NCBI GenBank assembly: GCA_018711265.1
Contig: DVIM01000026.1
Location: forward strand, 13,592-77,591
Source: Candidatus Spyradocola merdavium
GTDB lineage: Bacteria > Bacillota > Clostridia > Christensenellales > UBA1750
Direction: 5' to 3'
DNA length: 64,000 nucleotides
Positions 1 to 11,909 of this stretch are shown piece by piece. Made by a program: the position numbers and the translations under genes. Under the pieces are notes generated by a model that worked only from the letters and a program-made list of their open reading frames with translations, did not search any database and was not told the origin of the DNA. Position 1 is the stretch's first letter, and every line of letters starts with the position of its first letter.

Positions 1-1778
1 GCACGCTGCGCCTCTGGACGGAAAAGGGCGAGGAAAAGCTGCCCATGCGCCTTCGCGGGTACATGGACGACGCCTTCCTCTATGAGATCACCCTCACCCT
101 TCCCGAGGAGCCCGTGATCCTGTGGTACACGTTCCTCGTGGACGCGGACGGGGAGATGCTCTGGTACGGCAACAACCCGGAGGGCCTGGGCGGCGAGGGG
201 CAGGTTTCCCCGCACCTGCCGCCCTCCTTCCAGATCACGGTGTACGACCGCGCCTACACCGTCCCCTCCTGGATGCACGACGGCGTCATGTACCAAATCT
301 TTGTGGACCGCTTCTGCGACGGCGGCGCGCCCCTGCTGGACAAAAAGCCCGGCCTGGTCACGCACGCCTCCTGGGACGAAAAGCCCAACGAGTACTCCAA
401 CGCGCCCCTGGGCAGCAACCTTGGGCACGACTTCTTCGGCGGAAACCTCGCGGGCGTCATCCAGAAGCTGCCCTATCTGCGCAAGCTCGGCGTCACCGTG
501 CTCTACCTGAACCCGATCTTTGACGCCCAGTCCAACCACAAGTACGACACGGGCGACTACACGCACGTGGACCCGACCTTCGGCACGAACGAGGACTTCG
601 TCCGCCTGTGCCGCGCGGCGCGCGCAAACGGCATCCGCGTGATGCTGGACGGCGTCTTCTCCCACACGGGGGACAACAGCGTCTACTTCAACCGCTACGG
701 CCTCTACGACTCCGTGGGCGCCTACCAGTCCAAGGACTCGCCTTACGCCTCCTGGTACCGCTTCCACGACTATCCGGAGGAGTACGACTGCTGGTGGGGC
801 GTCAAGACCCTGCCCGAGGTGGACGAAAACTGCCGCAGCTACCGCGACTTCATCATCTACAACGAGGACAGCGTGGTGGCGCAGTGGATCGCGCGCGGGG
901 CCTCCGGCTGGCGGCTGGACGTCGCGGACGAACTGCCGGACGACTTCATCTGCGAGCTGCGCGCCCGCGTCAAGCTCGAAAACCCGGAGGCGGCGGTCCT
1001 GGGCGAGGTCTGGGAGGACGCCTCCAACAAGGTGGCCTATGGCCAGCTGCGCTCCTACGCGCTCGGCCGCTCGCTGGACAGCGTGATGAACTATCCGCTG
1101 CGCACGGCGCTGCTCAACTTCTTCACCGGCAGGGGCACGGCGCGGGACTTTGCGCGCACGGTCAACTCCCTGCACGAGAACTACCCGCCGCAGATGTTCT
1201 ACGCGCTGATGAACCTCATCGGCAGCCACGACCGCGCCCGCGCGCTCAACGCGCTCTCCGGCCTCTCCGGCGAGGACGCCCCGAAGGAGACCTGGCGCGA
1301 CCTCGAGCTGGACGGCCCGCACTACCGCATGGCGCGCCAGCGGCTGATGGCGCTCTTCGCGCTGGTCTGCGCGCTGCCGGGCATGCCCACCATCTACTAC
1401 GGCGACGAGGCCGGGATGCAGGGCGCGGGCGACCCCTACAACCGCGGCACCTACCCTTGGGGCCACGAGGACCAGGAGCTGATCGCCTTCTACGCCCGGA
1501 CCATCGCCCGGCGGCGCGCGGAACCCCTCTGGCGCCGGGGCGCGCTTGCGCTGCTCGCGCCGCACCCGGACGTGCTGCTCGTGGTGCGCCGGGTGGAGAA
1601 CGGCCGCGACGCCCTGGGCGAGCGGGCGCACAACGGCTGCGTGCTCTTTGCGATCAACCGGAGCCAGACGCCGCTGACGCTCCTTCTCGATCCGAACGAC
1701 CCCCGGCTGGCGCCCTTTGCGCGCCGCCTGGGCGAGATCGCCCTGCCGCCGCTGACTCCCATATATTTTAAGGCGTAA
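1..1778 (+). CDS. GH13 alpha-amylase family enzyme (neopullulanase/cyclomaltodextrinase-like); 5' end probably outside the window
   Basis: ORF 45..1778. The frame stays open back to nt 3 (TLRLWTEKGEEKLP precedes Met45). GH13 conserved regions are present: DGVFSH, GWRLDVADE, LGEVWE, IGSHD. Confidence 0.85.
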   Translation, partial: TLRLWTEKGEEKLPMRLRGYMDDAFLYEITLTLPEEPVILWYTFLVDADGEMLWYGNNPEGLGGEGQVSPHLPPSFQITVYDRAYTVPSWMHDGVMYQIFVDRFCDGGAPLLDKKPGLVTHASWDEKPNEYSNAPLGSNLGHDFFGGNLAGVIQKLPYLRKLGVTVLYLNPIFDAQSNHKYDTGDYTHVDPTFGTNEDFVRLCRAARANGIRVMLDGVFSHTGDNSVYFNRYGLYDSVGAYQSKDSPYASWYRFHDYPEEYDCWWGVKTLPEVDENCRSYRDFIIYNEDSVVAQWIARGASGWRLDVADELPDDFICELRARVKLENPEAAVLGEVWEDASNKVAYGQLRSYALGRSLDSVMNYPLRTALLNFFTGRGTARDFARTVNSLHENYPPQMFYALMNLIGSHDRARALNALSGLSGEDAPKETWRDLELDGPHYRMARQRLMALFALVCALPGMPTIYYGDEAGMQGAGDPYNRGTYPWGHEDQELIAFYARTIARRRAEPLWRRGALALLAPHPDVLLVVRRVENGRDALGERAHNGCVLFAINRSQTPLTLLLDPNDPRLAPFARRLGEIALPPLTPIYFKA

Positions 1779-1782
1779 TCCC

Positions 1783-1811
1783 TTGCGCAATGCGTTTGCG
1801 TGCGCTATGAT
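1783..1811 (+). promoter_or_regulatory. sigmaA-type promoter, TTGCGC-17 nt-TATGAT
   Basis: Hexamers read directly at 1783-1788 and 1806-1811, about 40 nt upstream of the DUF1858 start. Confidence 0.5.
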
Positions 1812-1853
1812 ATGGGTATACTGTCTACAGAAGACAAAGGAGGTCGAAAACCC

Positions 1854-2060
1854 ATGTTCGTTGTCAACAAGGAAATGACCATCGGCGAAGTGATCCGCAA
1901 GGACCCCGAGACCGCAAAGCTCCTCAACCAGTACGGCATGCACTGCACCAGCTGCCCCTTCTCCCAGATGGAGTCCCTGGAGCAGGCCGGCATGGTCCAT
2001 GGCTGCGATGTGGACGCCCTGGTCAAGGCGCTGAACGAATACTTTGCCGCTAAGGCCTAA
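1854..2060 (+). CDS. DUF1858 / hybrid-cluster-protein-associated redox disulfide domain protein
   Basis: MFVVNKEMTIGEVIRKDPETAKLLNQYGMHCTSCPF...VHGCDVDALVKALN matches the family pattern. AAAGGAGG RBS lies 8 nt upstream of ATG 1854. The track ORF starts earlier, at 1800. Confidence 0.8.
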   Translation: MFVVNKEMTIGEVIRKDPETAKLLNQYGMHCTSCPFSQMESLEQAGMVHGCDVDALVKALNEYFAAKA

Positions 2061-2068
2061 CGAAATTA

Positions 2069-2112
2069 CAGAAAGGAACCGGAAACGCGAACGCGTTTCC
2101 GGTTCCTTTCTG
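2069..2112 (+). terminator. 21-bp perfect-stem hairpin after the DUF1858 gene; no clear U tract
   Basis: cagaaaggaaccggaaacgcg / cgcgtttccggttcctttctg, 9 nt after the stop codon. Confidence 0.55.
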
Positions 2113-2307
2113 CACAGCTCGTTGGCCGGTTCCGCTTGACATCCCCCTTCGCTTCTGCTACCCTGGAAGAGGGTAGCGAGGCAGCATGCGTTTCGGACGT
2201 AACGTGGGGGTCTGTATTGCGGACATGATCGCGGCCTGCGTACTGCCCTTTTTGTTTGCATTCGAATCGTTCGGGTGTTTTCTGCGCACAACGGAATGGA
2301 CGCCTAT

Positions 2308-2359
2308 GAGCAGGGGATCGGAAACGCGTTCCGCGTTTCCGGTCCCCTGCTCGTTTTGG
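2308..2359. terminator. 21-bp perfect-stem hairpin followed by GTTTTGG on the plus strand; abuts the stop of the minus-strand lipoprotein gene
   Basis: gagcaggggatcggaaacgcg-ttc-cgcgtttccggtcccctgctc. The core CGGAAACGCG..CGCGTTTCCG is shared with the hairpin at 2069-2112. Confidence 0.55.
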
Positions 2360-2363
2360 CGCG

Positions 2364-2819
2364 TCAGTCCGCCGCGGCGTCGAGCGCCCCCTCGCCAAAC
2401 ATGGCGGTCAGGCAGTCCGCGCCCTGGTAGAGCGTCCCGTCCAGCCAGGCGCTCTCGCACACATGGTCCGGGGCGGGGCCGTTCCCGTGGCTGCAGCGGA
2501 CGAGGCGCTCCTCCTCGCCCTCCAGGACGAGGGAAACGTCCGCGCCGTTGGCATCGCCCTCCCGTGTAAAGAAATACGTCCTCTCGACCGCAGGGGCTTC
2601 ATAGCCCTGCGGCGAATCCGAGACGTCGCTCTCCTCGGCGTGGACGGCGTATCCCGCCGCCTGCGCGATCTCCAGGGTGGGATACAGGTCCGCGCCCGCC
2701 TCCGCAACCCTGGGAGACGGCGCCGGGGAGGGCTGCGCCCTTGCCGCCTCGCCCGCCTGCGCCGAGCATCCCGCGAGCAGCGCGGCGCTCAGCGCCAGCC
2801 CGATGACTCCTCTCCACAT
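2364..2819 (-). CDS. hypothetical lipoprotein
   Basis: N-terminus MWRGVIGLALSAALLAGCSA has a signal peptide plus an LAGC lipobox. AAGGAGGGAGG RBS upstream. No family recognised. Confidence 0.6.
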   Translation of the reverse strand: MWRGVIGLALSAALLAGCSAQAGEAARAQPSPAPSPRVAEAGADLYPTLEIAQAAGYAVHAEESDVSDSPQGYEAPAVERTYFFTREGDANGADVSLVLEGEEERLVRCSHGNGPAPDHVCESAWLDGTLYQGADCLTAMFGEGALDAAAD

Positions 2820-2839
2820 GGTCCTCCCTCCTTTTTTAC

Positions 2840-2875
2840 AAAAATCCGGCGGTCGGATTGGTTCCGGCCGCCGGA
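2840..2875 (-). terminator. intrinsic terminator of the glg operon
   Basis: Minus strand: TCCGGCGGCCGG..CCGACCGCCGGA hairpin followed by TTTTTGTAAAAAA, 15 nt after the glgA stop. Confidence 0.7.
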
Positions 2876-2889
2876 CTGCGTTGCGGGGA

Positions 2890-4389
2890 TTATTCCTCCT
2901 CGTCCTTCTTGGGCTCGGCCTTTGCCTCCTCCTTGAGGGGGACGGCCTGCTCCGGGGCGAGCTTGTTGTAGAGCTCCATGTACTTCTTGGCGCTGTGCTG
3001 CCAGCTGTAGTCGCCGCGCATCCCGTTGCCGATGATCTTGCGCCAGGACTTCTTGTCCTCGCGGTAGGTGGTGGTGGCGCGGGTGATGGCGTCGAGCATG
3101 TCGTGCGCGTTGTAGGAGTAGAAGGTGAAGCCCACGCCCTCGCCCGTGACGGGGTTGAAGGGCTGCACCGTGTCCTTGAGGCCGCCGGTCTCGCGGACGA
3201 TGGGCACCGTGCCGTAGCGCATGGCGATCATCTGCGACAGGCCGCAGGGCTCAAAGGCCGAGGGCATGAGGAAGAGGTCTGCGCCGGCATAGATGCGGTG
3301 CGCGAGCTCGGGGTTCATCTGGTTCCAGGAGGCGACCTTGCCCTGGTAGCGGTGCGCCGCCCAGTTGAAGAGGTTGACGAACTTCTCCTCGCCCATGCCC
3401 AGCACCACGAGCTGCACGTCCAGGCTCATGATCTCGGGCAGCACGCGCTCGACCAGGTCCAGGCCCTTCTGCGAGGAAAGGCGCGTGACCATGCCGATGA
3501 GCGGCACGTCCGGGCGGATCTCCAGGCCGAGCTGCTCCTGCAGGGCGGCCTTGTTGACGGCCTTGCGCTTGCTCTGGGTGACGACGTTGTAGGTCTGCAC
3601 GATCTGGGGGTCCTTGTTCGGGTTGTACTCGTCCACGTCGATGCCGTTGAGGATGCCGGTCAGGCTCTCGTGCCGCGCGCGGAGCAGGCCGTCGAGCCGC
3701 TCGCCGTAGTAGGCGGTCTGGATCTCGTTGGCATAGGTGGGGCTGACGGTGGTGATCTCGTCCGTGTAGACCAAGCCGCCCTTCATGAAGGAGGCCGCGC
3801 CGAAGAACTCGAGCTTGTCGCTGGTGTAGGCGTCCCAGCCCAGGCCCATGAGGTCCTCGATGTAGTCCATGCCGAACACGCCCTGGTACTGCAGGTTGTG
3901 GATGGTGAACACCGTGTGAATGCCCTGGTAGAAGGGCAGGGCCGCGTACTGGCGCTTGAGCAGCACGGGGATCAGGCCCGTCTGCCAGTCGTGGCAGTGC
4001 AGGATGTCGGGCTTGTAGTCGATCAGGGGCAGGGCCTCGAGCACCGCCCGGTCGAAGAAGGCGAAGCGCTCGCCCTCGTCGCCGCCCCAGCCGTAGACCG
4101 AGGGCCGGTTGTAGTAGAACTCGTTATCGATGAAGTAGAAGGTCACGCCGTCGAGCTTGAGCGTTTCGATGCCGCAGTACTGCCGCCTCCAGCCGAGGTT
4201 GACGTAAAAGTACGTCAAGTGCTCCATCTGCTCCCGCCACTTGGGCGCGACGTCGCGGTACAGGGGAAGGATGACGCGCACTTCCGCGCCCAGCTTCTTG
4301 AGCTGCTTAGGAAGGGCGCCGGCCACGTCCGCCAGACCGCCGGTCTTGACAAAGGGTACGCACTCCGAGGTTGCAAACAGGATCTTCAC
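2890..4389 (-). CDS. glgA: glycogen synthase (ADP-glucose type, GT5)
   Basis: MKILFATSECVPFVKTGGLADV contains the KTGGL motif. Full-length similarity pattern. GTG start with a GGGAG RBS. Last gene of the glgBCDA order. Confidence 0.95.
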   Translation of the reverse strand: MKILFATSECVPFVKTGGLADVAGALPKQLKKLGAEVRVILPLYRDVAPKWREQMEHLTYFYVNLGWRRQYCGIETLKLDGVTFYFIDNEFYYNRPSVYGWGGDEGERFAFFDRAVLEALPLIDYKPDILHCHDWQTGLIPVLLKRQYAALPFYQGIHTVFTIHNLQYQGVFGMDYIEDLMGLGWDAYTSDKLEFFGAASFMKGGLVYTDEITTVSPTYANEIQTAYYGERLDGLLRARHESLTGILNGIDVDEYNPNKDPQIVQTYNVVTQSKRKAVNKAALQEQLGLEIRPDVPLIGMVTRLSSQKGLDLVERVLPEIMSLDVQLVVLGMGEEKFVNLFNWAAHRYQGKVASWNQMNPELAHRIYAGADLFLMPSAFEPCGLSQMIAMRYGTVPIVRETGGLKDTVQPFNPVTGEGVGFTFYSYNAHDMLDAITRATTTYREDKKSWRKIIGNGMRGDYSWQHSAKKYMELYNKLAPEQAVPLKEEAKAEPKKDEEE

Positions 4390-4502
4390 GCATCTCCCGC
4401 CTTTCTAGTCGATTGCACTGTGCCTTCCCGCAAGCGAGAAGGCGGCAAGGGGACAAGGACCCCCTTGCCCGCACTGTCCTTCTCTCTTCTCCTTTGCGCT
4501 TC

Positions 4503-5627
4503 TTAGATGACTGCGTTCTTCTCGATGACGACCGGGTAGCTCTCCTGGCCGACGATGCGGCGGTCGCGCTTGATGAACGCGTTCTTGTCCGAGATGACGT
4601 GGCTGAGCTGCGCACCGTCCTGCACCTCCACGCTCTGCATGAGGATGCAGTCCTTGACCACCGCGCCCTTGCCCACGCGCACGCCGCGGAAGAGCACGGA
4701 GTTCTCCACCGTGCCCTCGATGATGCAGCCGTCCGCCACGAGGGAATTGACCGCCTTGGCCCCCGCCTCATAGCGGGCGGGAACCTCATCCTTGACCTTA
4801 GTATACACCGGATTGGGCCGGTAAAGCAAGGGGGTGCGGATCTCCTCGTTGAGCAGGTCCATGTTGAGCCGGTAGTAGGAGTAGATGGACTCGATGCGCG
4901 AGACATAGCCCTCGTACTTGTAGGCGTAGACCTTGAGCTCGGAGAGCTGGTTGATGAGCACGTCGCGCACAAAGTCCGTGCGGTAGTGCGCGGCGGAGAT
5001 CTCCACAAGGTAGGTCAGCAGGGCCTTGTCCATCAGGTAGACGTCCATGGAGACATTGGGGTAGCTGTGCAGGTGCGGCGAGACCTCGATGTCGACCACG
5101 CGGTTGTTCTCGTCGAGCTTGAGGTAGGTGCGGTCCGCGTCGCTGAACAGCTCGCCCTCCCCGGGCACGTTGTAGAGGATGGTGATGTCCGCGCCGGACT
5201 CCATGTGCTTCTTCATCATGTCATCAAACGTGGTGTTGAAGACCGTGGAGGAGCCGGAGATCAGCGCATAGCGCTGGGAGGCGCGGCGCACGTAGCCCAG
5301 GTTGGAGCGGATGGCGTCGAGCATGCCGGCATAGCCGCCGGTGTTGCTGCGGGTGACGTAGGGCGGCAGGATGAACAGGCCGTCGCGCTTGCGGTTGAGG
5401 TCCCAGGCCTTGCCGCTTTCCAGGTGGTCCATCAGGGAGTGGTAGTTGCGCTGCGTGATCAGGCCCACGTTCGTGATGTCGGAGTGGACCATGTTGCTCA
5501 AGAGCACGTCGATGACGCGGTATCTGCCGCCGATGGGCATGGCGGCAATGGAGCGCGAGCGCGTCAGATCGCGCAGGCGGACGTCGCTTTCATCGCTGGT
5601 ATAGATCAAGCCGAATACGTCTTTCAT
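4503..5627 (-). CDS. glgD: glucose-1-phosphate adenylyltransferase, GlgD (regulatory) subunit
   Basis: 374-aa GlgC paralogue (..[24 protein letters not shown]..) lying between glgC and glgA. Its start overlaps the glgC stop by 4 nt. Confidence 0.9.
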   Translation of the reverse strand: MKDVFGLIYTSDESDVRLRDLTRSRSIAAMPIGGRYRVIDVLLSNMVHSDITNVGLITQRNYHSLMDHLESGKAWDLNRKRDGLFILPPYVTRSNTGGYAGMLDAIRSNLGYVRRASQRYALISGSSTVFNTTFDDMMKKHMESGADITILYNVPGEGELFSDADRTYLKLDENNRVVDIEVSPHLHSYPNVSMDVYLMDKALLTYLVEISAAHYRTDFVRDVLINQLSELKVYAYKYEGYVSRIESIYSYYRLNMDLLNEEIRTPLLYRPNPVYTKVKDEVPARYEAGAKAVNSLVADGCIIEGTVENSVLFRGVRVGKGAVVKDCILMQSVEVQDGAQLSHVISDKNAFIKRDRRIVGQESYPVVIEKNAVI

Positions 5628-6832
5628 TTTGCATCCTCCTCAGCCTTGGCCTCGCGCTTGGCCAGCACTTCCATGTCGATCTGCTCCCCGGGCTTGACCA
5701 CGGAATACTCCGGGAGCACGGTTTCCTGCCCGACGACCGCGATGCGGCCATTGCCGCCCACGACGCTGTCCGGGCCGACGACCGCGTTTTCCGAGACGAT
5801 CGCGCGGCGGATGCGCGCGCCCTTGCAGATGCGCGCGCCGTTCATGATGACGGAGTTCTCCACGATTGCGCCCTCCTCCACGGTCGCGCCGGAGAAGAGG
5901 ATGGAGTGGTCGACCTTGCCCGCGACGGTGCAGCCCTCGGTCACCATGGAATCGGAGACCTCCGCGGTCTTGGCGATGTAGTGCGGGGGCAGCGTGGGGT
6001 TGCGCGCGTAGATGCGCCAGGCGCTGTCGTAGAGGTTAAAGGCCGGCGGGGACTGCAGCAGGTCCATGTTGGCCTCCCACAGGCTCTCGATGGTTCCCAC
6101 GTCCTTCCAGTAGCCCTCGAAGGGATAGGCCACCATGTGCTTGCCCTCGGCCAGCATGCGCGGGATGATGTTCTTGCCGAAGTCGTTGGAGGATTCCGGG
6201 TTCTCCTCGTCCTCGATGAGGTACTGCTTGAGGTCCTTCCAGTTGAAGACGTAGATGCCCATGGACGCGTTGTTGGACTTGGGGTTGGCGGGCTTCTCCT
6301 CGAACTCGACGATGTCGCCCTCCTCGTTGGTGTTCATGATGCCAAAGCGGGAGGCCTCGTTCCACGGCACGGAGTAGACGGCGATGGTGCAGTCCGCGTG
6401 CTTCTTCTCGTGCATGGCGATCATGGCGGAGTAGTCCATCTTGTAAATGTGGTCGCCCGACAGGACCAGGACGTAGTCCGGGTCGTACTGCTGGATGAAG
6501 GTCATGTTCGGGTAGATGGCGTTGGCGGTTCCCTTGTACCAGGTGCCGCTCTTGCCCTTCATGTAGGGCGGCAGGACGAACACGCCGCCGGTCAGGCGGT
6601 CCAGATCCCAGGGCATGCCGTTGCCGATGTAGGAGTTCAGTTCCAGCGGCTGGTACTGGGTCAAAACGCCCACGACGTCGATGCCGGAGTTCGAGCAGTT
6701 GGACAGGGGGAAGTCGATGATCCGGTACTTTCCGCCGAAGGCCACGGCGGGCTTGGCCATATTCTTGGTCAAAACGCCCAGGCGGCTTCCCTGCCCGCCC
6801 GCCAGCAGCATGGCGACACACTTTTTACCCAT
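5624..6832 (-). CDS. glgC: glucose-1-phosphate adenylyltransferase, catalytic subunit
   Basis: [43 protein letters not shown] is the canonical GlgC N-terminus. Confidence 0.95.
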   Translation of the reverse strand: MGKKCVAMLLAGGQGSRLGVLTKNMAKPAVAFGGKYRIIDFPLSNCSNSGIDVVGVLTQYQPLELNSYIGNGMPWDLDRLTGGVFVLPPYMKGKSGTWYKGTANAIYPNMTFIQQYDPDYVLVLSGDHIYKMDYSAMIAMHEKKHADCTIAVYSVPWNEASRFGIMNTNEEGDIVEFEEKPANPKSNNASMGIYVFNWKDLKQYLIEDEENPESSNDFGKNIIPRMLAEGKHMVAYPFEGYWKDVGTIESLWEANMDLLQSPPAFNLYDSAWRIYARNPTLPPHYIAKTAEVSDSMVTEGCTVAGKVDHSILFSGATVEEGAIVENSVIMNGARICKGARIRRAIVSENAVVGPDSVVGGNGRIAVVGQETVLPEYSVVKPGEQIDMEVLAKREAKAEEDAK

Positions 6833-6882
6833 TATTACACCCTCTTCTAGTTATTTTGTATGAAGAAACAAGGCCTGCGCGT

Positions 6883-8784
<1,902 letters not shown>

Positions 8785-9044
8785 CGCCCTTCACCTCCTC
8801 AAATTCACACGCCCGGGCCCCCGCCCAAACATGTAAATTGTATGTTAATACTATCATAGCATAGAATCCTAAAGTTGACTACTCTTTTTTTGGTGAAAAA
8901 ATTAAATATGCAAAATTTGTTTGGATTATGCATTTCGCGCCCTTTTCTTTCACAATATTTCATGCTACAATACCCCGGTAGGGGGCGTGCGCACCGGCCG
9001 CCCCGCCTTTTCCACAGGACAAAAGACAGAAGGGGGATCACGCG

Positions 9045-10058
9045 ATGGAAACCATCATCCTCGGCTCCACGGGCATCGCCGCGACGCGTTCGGGCTTTGG
9101 CGCCCTGCCCATCCAGCGCCTGAGCAAGGAGGAGGCCGCGCGCCTGCTCGTGCTCGCCTACGAAGGGGGCATCAACTTCTTTGACACCGCCAACGCCTAT
9201 ACCGACAGCGAGGAAAAGATCGGCCTGGCGCTGTCCTCCGTGCGCAAGAACATCTTCCTGGCCACAAAGACCGGGTCTTCGACGCCGGACCAGTTCTGGA
9301 AGCACCTGGAGCTGTCGCTCACGCGCATGAAGACGGACTACATCGACATCTACCAGTTCCACAACCCGGCCTCCATGCCCTCGGACGAGATGCTCTCCTG
9401 CATGGTCAAGGCCAAGGCGCAGGGCATGATCCGCCACATCGGCGTCACGGCCCACCGCCTGGACACCGCCCTTGCCGAGATCGAGTCCGGCGCGTTTGAG
9501 ACCATGCAGTTCCCGCTCTCGGCCCTGTCCAGCGAAAAGGACCTGGACCTTGTGCGCCTGTGCAAGGAAAAGAACATGGGCGTCATCGGCATGAAGGGCC
9601 TGGCCGGCGGGCTTCTGACCAGCGCCGCGCCCTCGATGGCGTACCTGCGCCGGTTCGACAACCTCGTGCCCATCTGGGGCATCCAGCGGGAGTCCGAGCT
9701 GCAGGAGGTGCTGGAGCTGGAGAAGAACCCGCCCGCCCTGGACGAGGCCATGATGGCGCGCATCGAAAAGGACCGCAGGGAGCTGGCCGGGGACTTCTGC
9801 CGCGGCTGCGGCTACTGCCTGCCCTGCCCGGCGGGCATCCCGATCAACAACGCGGCGCGCATGCCGCAGCTCCTGCGCCGCTCGCCCTACGCCGGATACC
9901 TGACCGACGAGTGGGCCGAGCAGATGGAGCGCATCAACAACTGCATCAACTGCCGCGCCTGCGCCAAGCGCTGTCCCTATGAGCTAGACACGCCCAAGCT
10001 CCTGCGCGCCGCGCTTGCAGACTACCGCCAGTTCCGCGCCGAACATCTCCAGAAGTAA
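9045..10058 (+). CDS. aldo/keto reductase fused to a C-terminal 2x[4Fe-4S]-type ferredoxin motif
   Basis: AKR N-terminal pattern (GINFFDTANAYTDSEEKIG). C-terminal CRGCGYCLPCP and CINCRACAKRCP cysteine clusters. Confidence 0.85.
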   Translation: METIILGSTGIAATRSGFGALPIQRLSKEEAARLLVLAYEGGINFFDTANAYTDSEEKIGLALSSVRKNIFLATKTGSSTPDQFWKHLELSLTRMKTDYIDIYQFHNPASMPSDEMLSCMVKAKAQGMIRHIGVTAHRLDTALAEIESGAFETMQFPLSALSSEKDLDLVRLCKEKNMGVIGMKGLAGGLLTSAAPSMAYLRRFDNLVPIWGIQRESELQEVLELEKNPPALDEAMMARIEKDRRELAGDFCRGCGYCLPCPAGIPINNAARMPQLLRRSPYAGYLTDEWAEQMERINNCINCRACAKRCPYELDTPKLLRAALADYRQFRAEHLQK

Positions 10059-10109
10059 TTCTACCAGACTTTTTTCAGAATTTCATCAAGAAAGTAAGGA
10101 GCTGTTTTC

Positions 10110-11909
10110 ATGCCGCACTACAAAAATTTCCGCGCCGTGGTCTACTGCACGGCGCAGTCCATGGTCCGCATCTCCCCCGAAGGCCTGCAGCGCCAGATCG
10201 ACTTCTTCCAGAAGTACGTGGGCGTGGACAAGGTCTACCTCGAGCCCTACCGCGACGACTGCCTGATCCCGCGCGAGCAGCTCCACATGTGCAAGGAGCT
10301 CTTCCGCAAGAACGGCATCGAGGTCGCCGGCGGCATCACCACGACCATCTCCGGCCAGGGCGAGGCGGACGCCGGGCGCCAGCGCCTGTTCAACACCTAC
10401 TGCTTCTGCAACGAGCGGATGCGCAACCACCTGAAGGAGACCGTCGAGTACATCGCCAGCGAGTTCGACGAGTTCATCATCGACGACTTCTTCTTCACCA
10501 ACTGCACCTGCGACGACTGCCGCCGCGCAAAGGGCGACCGCTCCTGGGAGGCGTTCCGCCTGGACCTGATGAAGGAGGTCTCGGAAAACCTCGTCATCGG
10601 CCCGGCGCGCGCCATCAACCCGGAGATCCGCATCACCGTCAAGTTCCCGAACTGGATGGAGAGCTACCAGGAGGCCGGCTACAACCCCGGCGCGCAGAAG
10701 GACCTCTTTGACAAGATCTACACGGGCACCGAGACCCGCCACCAGCGGCACACGGACCAGCACCTGCCCCGCTACGAGAGCTATTCCATCATGCGCTACA
10801 TGGAGAACCTGGCCCCCGGCCGCAACGGCGGCGGCTGGTTCGACCCCTACCAGTGCTATCCCATGGACTGCTACCTGGAGCAGGCGTACCTGACGGTCCT
10901 CTCCCGCCCGCGCGAGGTCATGATGTTCTGCTGGGGCAGCCTGTACAACAACAAGCTGGCCACGCCCATGGGCCTGCAGCTCGCCCGCCTGGACAAGCTG
11001 CTCTCCAAGGTCGGCGCGTGCGCCGGGCTCCCCTGCTACCTGCCGCTCAACGCCCAGGGCGAGGACCACGTCGAGGACTACCTCGGCATGGCGGGCATTC
11101 CCTTTGAGGGCGTGCCGGAGTTCCCGAAGGACGCGCCGGCCGTGTTCCTGACCGTGCAGGCCCTGCGCGACGAGCAGATCGTCGACAAGCTCGAGCAGTA
11201 CGTCGCCGCCGGCGGCAAGGCCATCGTCACCTCCGGCTTTGTCAAGGAGGCGCTGGGCAAGGGCCTGGACCGCATGACCTCCATCCGCTACCGCGACCGC
11301 ACCTTCGACGCGACGGAGTACATGTCGGAGCCGGTGTTCGGCTTTGGCAACGACCTGAGCCGCGGCGGCGCGCCGGTGCGCTTCCCGGTCCTGGAGCACC
11401 GCAACAACACGACCTGGGCGCTGGCCAAGGCCTTCGGCGGCGACGAGAGCTACGGCATCCTGCTGCGGGACACCTATGGCCGCGGTCAGCTGCTGACGCT
11501 GGCCGTGCCGGACGCCATTTCGGACATCCGCAAGCTGCCGCAGACGGTGCTCACCCGCATCCGCGCGGAGCTCTGCTGCGGCCCCGTCTACCTGGACGCG
11601 CCCGCGCAGATCTCCCTGTTCCCGTACGACAACGACGCCTTCTGTATCTACCCCTACGCCTGCGACGGCTGCGCGGCGCAGCGCATCCGCGTGCGCGTGC
11701 GCGGCGTTGCCGAGGCGCTCTGCCCCCTGGAGGCGCCGGGCCGCGAGGTCAAGCCGCTCTACGTCGCGCCGAACAACGAGACGGTCTTTGAGCTGATGAC
11801 CGAGCCGGGCGAGTTCGCCTTCTACGCCATCCGCTGGGCGGAAAACCGCAAGGGAGACGCGCTCCAGGCGGACTGGGGCTCCGCTCCCCACGAGTTTGCG
11901 GAGGCGTAA
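10110..11909 (+). CDS. uncharacterised 599-aa protein; possibly a glycoside-hydrolase-like TIM barrel plus a GATase1-like middle domain (weak)
   Basis: Clean ORF with an AAGGAG RBS, 51 nt after the AKR gene. Contains the Cys motif FFFTNCTCDDCRRAKG. I cannot assign a family from memory. Confidence 0.6.
   Translation: MPHYKNFRAVVYCTAQSMVRISPEGLQRQIDFFQKYVGVDKVYLEPYRDDCLIPREQLHMCKELFRKNGIEVAGGITTTISGQGEADAGRQRLFNTYCFCNERMRNHLKETVEYIASEFDEFIIDDFFFTNCTCDDCRRAKGDRSWEAFRLDLMKEVSENLVIGPARAINPEIRITVKFPNWMESYQEAGYNPGAQKDLFDKIYTGTETRHQRHTDQHLPRYESYSIMRYMENLAPGRNGGGWFDPYQCYPMDCYLEQAYLTVLSRPREVMMFCWGSLYNNKLATPMGLQLARLDKLLSKVGACAGLPCYLPLNAQGEDHVEDYLGMAGIPFEGVPEFPKDAPAVFLTVQALRDEQIVDKLEQYVAAGGKAIVTSGFVKEALGKGLDRMTSIRYRDRTFDATEYMSEPVFGFGNDLSRGGAPVRFPVLEHRNNTTWALAKAFGGDESYGILLRDTYGRGQLLTLAVPDAISDIRKLPQTVLTRIRAELCCGPVYLDAPAQISLFPYDNDAFCIYPYACDGCAAQRIRVRVRGVAEALCPLEAPGREVKPLYVAPNNETVFELMTEPGEFAFYAIRWAENRKGDALQADWGSAPHEFAEA

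Noticed and set aside
2186-2569. 127-aa plus-strand ORF with a hydrophobic N-terminal segment in the orphan spacer
   Set aside because: It reads straight through the 21-bp terminator hairpin and then runs antisense into the lipoprotein gene. It has no RBS.
8785-9044. Small ORFs (8875-9123, 8921-9184) in the AT-rich glgB/AKR divergent intergenic region
   Set aside because: They have no RBS, run into the AKR gene out of frame and have junk composition. The region is better explained as divergent promoters, including a TGcTACAAT element for the AKR gene.
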